32,000 nucleotides of DNA from Candidatus Saccharimonadota bacterium (GTDB lineage Bacteria > Bacteroidota > Bacteroidia > Flavobacteriales > Blattabacteriaceae): contig NZ_CP059199.1 of assembly GCF_014251775.1 (NCBI RefSeq), forward strand, positions 360,001 through 392,000, read 5' to 3'. Shown here one piece after another: positions 29,551 through 32,000 of this stretch (the stretch's first letter is position 1; each line of letters starts with the position of its first letter). The position numbers were made by a program, and so were the translations under genes. Under the pieces are notes generated by a model that saw nothing but the letters and a program-made list of their open reading frames with translations, ran no database searches and was not told the DNA's origin.

Positions 29551-30216
29551 ATGAAATTCTTCTTAGACACTGCTAATTTAAAAGAAATTAAAGAAGCAAT
29601 AGAAATTGGTTTATTAGATGGAATAACTACTAATCCATCTTTAATTGCTAAAGAATCTATTTTCAATCGAGAACAAATAGAAAATCATTATATATCTATA
29701 TGTAAATTACTAAAAGAAAAAGAACAAAATATAAGTATTGAAGTTATTGGAAAAACATTTAATGATATTATAAAAGAAGGACAAAAACTATCTCTTTTAC
29801 ATCCAAAAATTATAGTAAAAATTCCTATGAATAAAGAAGGAATAAAGGCTCTTAATTTTTTTTATTCTCAAAAAATAAAAACTAATTGTACTCTAATATT
29901 TTCTGTAGGACAAGCGTTATTAGCTGCTAAATTAGGTGCTAATTATATATCTCCATTTATAGGGAGATTAGATGATATTTCTTATAATGGAATAGAATTA
30001 GTAAAAGAAATTAAAAATATTTATGAAAAATATAATTTCAATACTAAAATACTAGCTGCATCAATAAGAAACCCCATACATATTATAGAATGTGCAAAAA
30101 TTGGTGTACATGCAATTACATCTCCTTTAAAAGTAATTTATTCATTATTAGATCATCCTTTAACAAAAATAGGATTAAAAAAATTTTTAAATGATTTTAA
30201 TCAAAAATTTCTTTAG
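29551..30216 (+). CDS. tal: Transaldolase, short type 3B / fructose-6-phosphate aldolase family
   Basis: 221 aa, MKFFLDTANLKEIKEA...DGITTNPSL...VKIP...NCTLIFS..QALLAAKLGANYISPFIGRLDDI. Confidence 0.88.
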   Translation: MKFFLDTANLKEIKEAIEIGLLDGITTNPSLIAKESIFNREQIENHYISICKLLKEKEQNISIEVIGKTFNDIIKEGQKLSLLHPKIIVKIPMNKEGIKALNFFYSQKIKTNCTLIFSVGQALLAAKLGANYISPFIGRLDDISYNGIELVKEIKNIYEKYNFNTKILAASIRNPIHIIECAKIGVHAITSPLKVIYSLLDHPLTKIGLKKFLNDFNQKFL

Positions 30217-30243
30217 AATTTTAAATTCAATACTAATGTTAAA

Positions 30244-30570
30244 TTAAATTTTTACTTTATTATCTAATAAATATTGAATTGCTATCGATGTAGGTTTAGG
30301 AAGATTTTCATAAAATTTAGATAATTCTATTTGTTCTTTATTTTCAAATATTTCTTCCAAAGAACCATTATCCCTATCTGTAAAATTAAAGTCTTCTAAT
30401 TTTTTATACAAATCTGATTTTATTAAATTATCTATTTTTTGACTTATCTTATCTAAGATACAAATTGTACAAAATATATTTTTTCCAGTTAATTTTTCTA
30501 AATAAATTTTATCTATTATTTCAGTATTTAACGGTGCCTTACTAATATAATCTATATTTAGATCATTCAT
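30244..30570 (-). CDS. rpoZ: Probable DNA-directed RNA polymerase omega subunit, Bacteroidota type
   Basis: 108 aa. The C-terminal SLEEIFENKEQIELSKFYENLPKPTSIAIQ resembles the flavobacterial omega-like protein as I recall it, and a position directly downstream of bamD is the usual flavobacterial arrangement. I recognised this from memory, not from a search. Confidence 0.5.
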   Translation of the reverse strand: MNDLNIDYISKAPLNTEIIDKIYLEKLTGKNIFCTICILDKISQKIDNLIKSDLYKKLEDFNFTDRDNGSLEEIFENKEQIELSKFYENLPKPTSIAIQYLLDNKVKI

Positions 30571-31171
30571 TTTCGATTAATTTTTTATATAAATATCTTA
30601 ATTCCTTAGCATTAGCAGAATTAGGATAATTTTTTATATATTCTTTATAAAATTCAAAAAAATCTTTAACCTTATCAAGGTTATATTTAGATATACAAAT
30701 TTTATATAAAATTTCTTCTTTAAAAATACTATGAGGAAAATAAATTAAAAAATTTTGAAAATAAATAACAGCTGATTCATAACGATGTAAAGAAAAATAT
30801 AATTTAGATCTATTATATTCTTCATTTTCTAATTTATAATATAAATTATAAATCATTCTATTTACTTCTTGAAATTTACTACTATTTGGATAACTTTTCA
30901 AAAAAAAATTAAATTTTTTAATTGCTACTCTCATATAAATTAAATCTAAATCATTATTTAATAAATATAAATAGTAATTTAATACATTTCTAAATAATAA
31001 TTTTTCGTTTTCTTTATTTACTTTATTTTTTTTATCTATTATATTATCAGTATTAGTATTAGAATGATTATTGATCCTTTTCAATTTTTTTTTATTCATT
31101 ATTAAATAATAAATAATATAAAAAAATAATAAAAATATAAATAACAATAATATTATTAATTTTGAATTCAT
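30563..31171 (-). CDS. bamD: Probable outer membrane protein assembly factor BamD (ComL/YfiO-like, TPR), shortened
   Basis: 202 aa with an N-terminal hydrophobic segment and then repeated helical F..F...YP.S....E..Y modules (FLKSYPNSSKFQE, FLIYFPHSIFKEE, YIKNYPNSANAKE). There is no lipobox Cys. Confidence 0.5.
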   Translation of the reverse strand: MNSKLIILLLFIFLLFFYIIYYLIMNKKKLKRINNHSNTNTDNIIDKKNKVNKENEKLLFRNVLNYYLYLLNNDLDLIYMRVAIKKFNFFLKSYPNSSKFQEVNRMIYNLYYKLENEEYNRSKLYFSLHRYESAVIYFQNFLIYFPHSIFKEEILYKICISKYNLDKVKDFFEFYKEYIKNYPNSANAKELRYLYKKLIENE

Positions 31172-31176
31172 TATAT

Positions 31177-31680
31177 TTATTTTTTAAAATTAGATTTTAC
31201 TTCTTGGTCAAAAATATATAATCCAGTTTTAGAATCTCCTATTAATTTAATCTTATCTAAAAAACTTTTAATTAATATTTCTTCTTCCATTTGTTCTTTT
31301 ATATACCACTGTAAAAAATCATATGTAAAAAAATCTTTTTCTTGTAAAGATAATTCAACAAGAAAATTAATATTTTTAGATATTATTCTTTCATGATAAA
31401 AAATTTCTTGAAAAATTTCTTCTAAAGAATTAGAATTATTATTATTGTTAATAACAATATTATTTATTGTAACTAAACATCCTCTTTTATTAAGATATTT
31501 CATTAATTTTAACATATGTTTTCTTTCTTCTTCTGAATGATCATATAAAAAACATGATATTCCTTCAAATCCATTTACTTCTGTCCATGAAGCCATATTC
31601 AAATATAATTGGGATGATTCTAATTCTTTATTTAATTGTTTAATTAATTCTATTCTTATTTTTTCTTTTAATTTAAACAT
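31177..31680 (-). CDS. ftnA: Ferritin (non-haem, bacterial Ftn type)
   Basis: 167 aa with LNKELESSQLYLNMASW and SEEERKHMLKLMKYLNKRG (ferroxidase Glu/His residues), and QWYIKEQMEEE. Confidence 0.85.
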   Translation of the reverse strand: MFKLKEKIRIELIKQLNKELESSQLYLNMASWTEVNGFEGISCFLYDHSEEERKHMLKLMKYLNKRGCLVTINNIVINNNNNSNSLEEIFQEIFYHERIISKNINFLVELSLQEKDFFTYDFLQWYIKEQMEEEILIKSFLDKIKLIGDSKTGLYIFDQEVKSNFKK

Positions 31681-31691
31681 TACTAAATAGC

Positions 31692-32000
31692 TTAATGATT
31701 ATAATGCAAATTAATTTTTTTTAAATAATTTCGCATATTTTTTTCTAATGTACATGACCCTATTAATAAAGGTAATCTTACATAAGGATTACATATTCCT
31801 ATTATATTTAATAAAGTTTTTATTCCAGTTGGATTTCCTTCTTTATAAATTAAGTCAATTATATCTATCAATTTATAAAAAATTGAAAAAGATTTATTTA
31901 TTTTATTTTCTATAGCTAAATTAATCATTTCAGATATCTGTTTAGGGAAACCTTGAGCTATTACTGATATTACACTATCTCCTCCACCTAAAATAATAGG
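31692..32000 (-). CDS. dapA: 4-hydroxy-tetrahydrodipicolinate synthase, C-terminal part (5' end outside window)
   Basis: The frame stays open to the window edge. My translation of 32000-31929 gives PIILGGGDSVISVIAQGFPKQISE, followed by ...NPTGIKTLLNIIGICNPYVRLPL, typical of the DapA C-terminal half. Confidence 0.8.
   Translation of the reverse strand, partial: PIILGGGDSVISVIAQGFPKQISEMINLAIENKINKSFSIFYKLIDIIDLIYKEGNPTGIKTLLNIIGICNPYVRLPLLIGSCTLEKNMRNYLKKINLHYNH

Noticed and set aside
1-32000. Mobile elements, prophage, defence or toxin systems, secondary-metabolite clusters
   Set aside because: Every ORF of meaningful length is assignable to a core housekeeping family. I saw no transposase, integrase, nuclease or other accessory-type gene and no terminal inverted repeats.

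Overview
This window looks like an extremely AT-rich, highly compacted bacterial genome. GC is perhaps under 20% by eye; I did not compute it. The content fits an obligate insect endosymbiont of the Bacteroidota/Flavobacteriales type: rplM-rpsI-rpsB-tsf linkage, no tuf after fusA, a bamD-rpoZ-like pair, and TAnnTTTG -7 boxes. I cannot assign a species from the sequence alone.

Nearly everything is core housekeeping. A co-directional minus-strand block at 1-15136 joins the S10/spc/str ribosomal protein clusters (rpsH to rpsL) to map-gpmI-tsf-rpsB-rpsI-rplM. It is followed by dnaK, psd, ftsH, rsfS, birA, yidC, pyrG, an SRP (4.5S) RNA, clpX, obg, adk, lpdA, a short-type transaldolase, rpoZ-like, bamD-like, ferritin and partial dapA. 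TGA is used as a stop codon, so the standard code 11 applies.

I found no tRNA, rRNA, CRISPR array, transposase, phage, toxin-antitoxin or defence genes, and I cannot support a novel multi-gene system here. The unusual signals are local:
1. rplX (uL24) is about twice its normal length, because roughly 0.5 kb of in-frame tandem repeats sits between its KOW domain and its C-terminal motif. This includes ten near-identical 24-bp units in two allelic forms.
2. lpdA is full length, but the first redox-active Cys is Ser and the central Gly of the NAD Rossmann motif is Asp.
3. A 472-bp ORF-free spacer between ftsH and psd may be an eroded membrane-protein gene. cdsA is the syntenic candidate.
4. A small GC-enriched island between pyrG and clpX folds as an SRP RNA with its own promoter-like box and U-tract.

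Gene overlaps, a read-through rplW end, a TTG-started divergent birA and a bamD-like protein without a lipobox are further signs of genome erosion.
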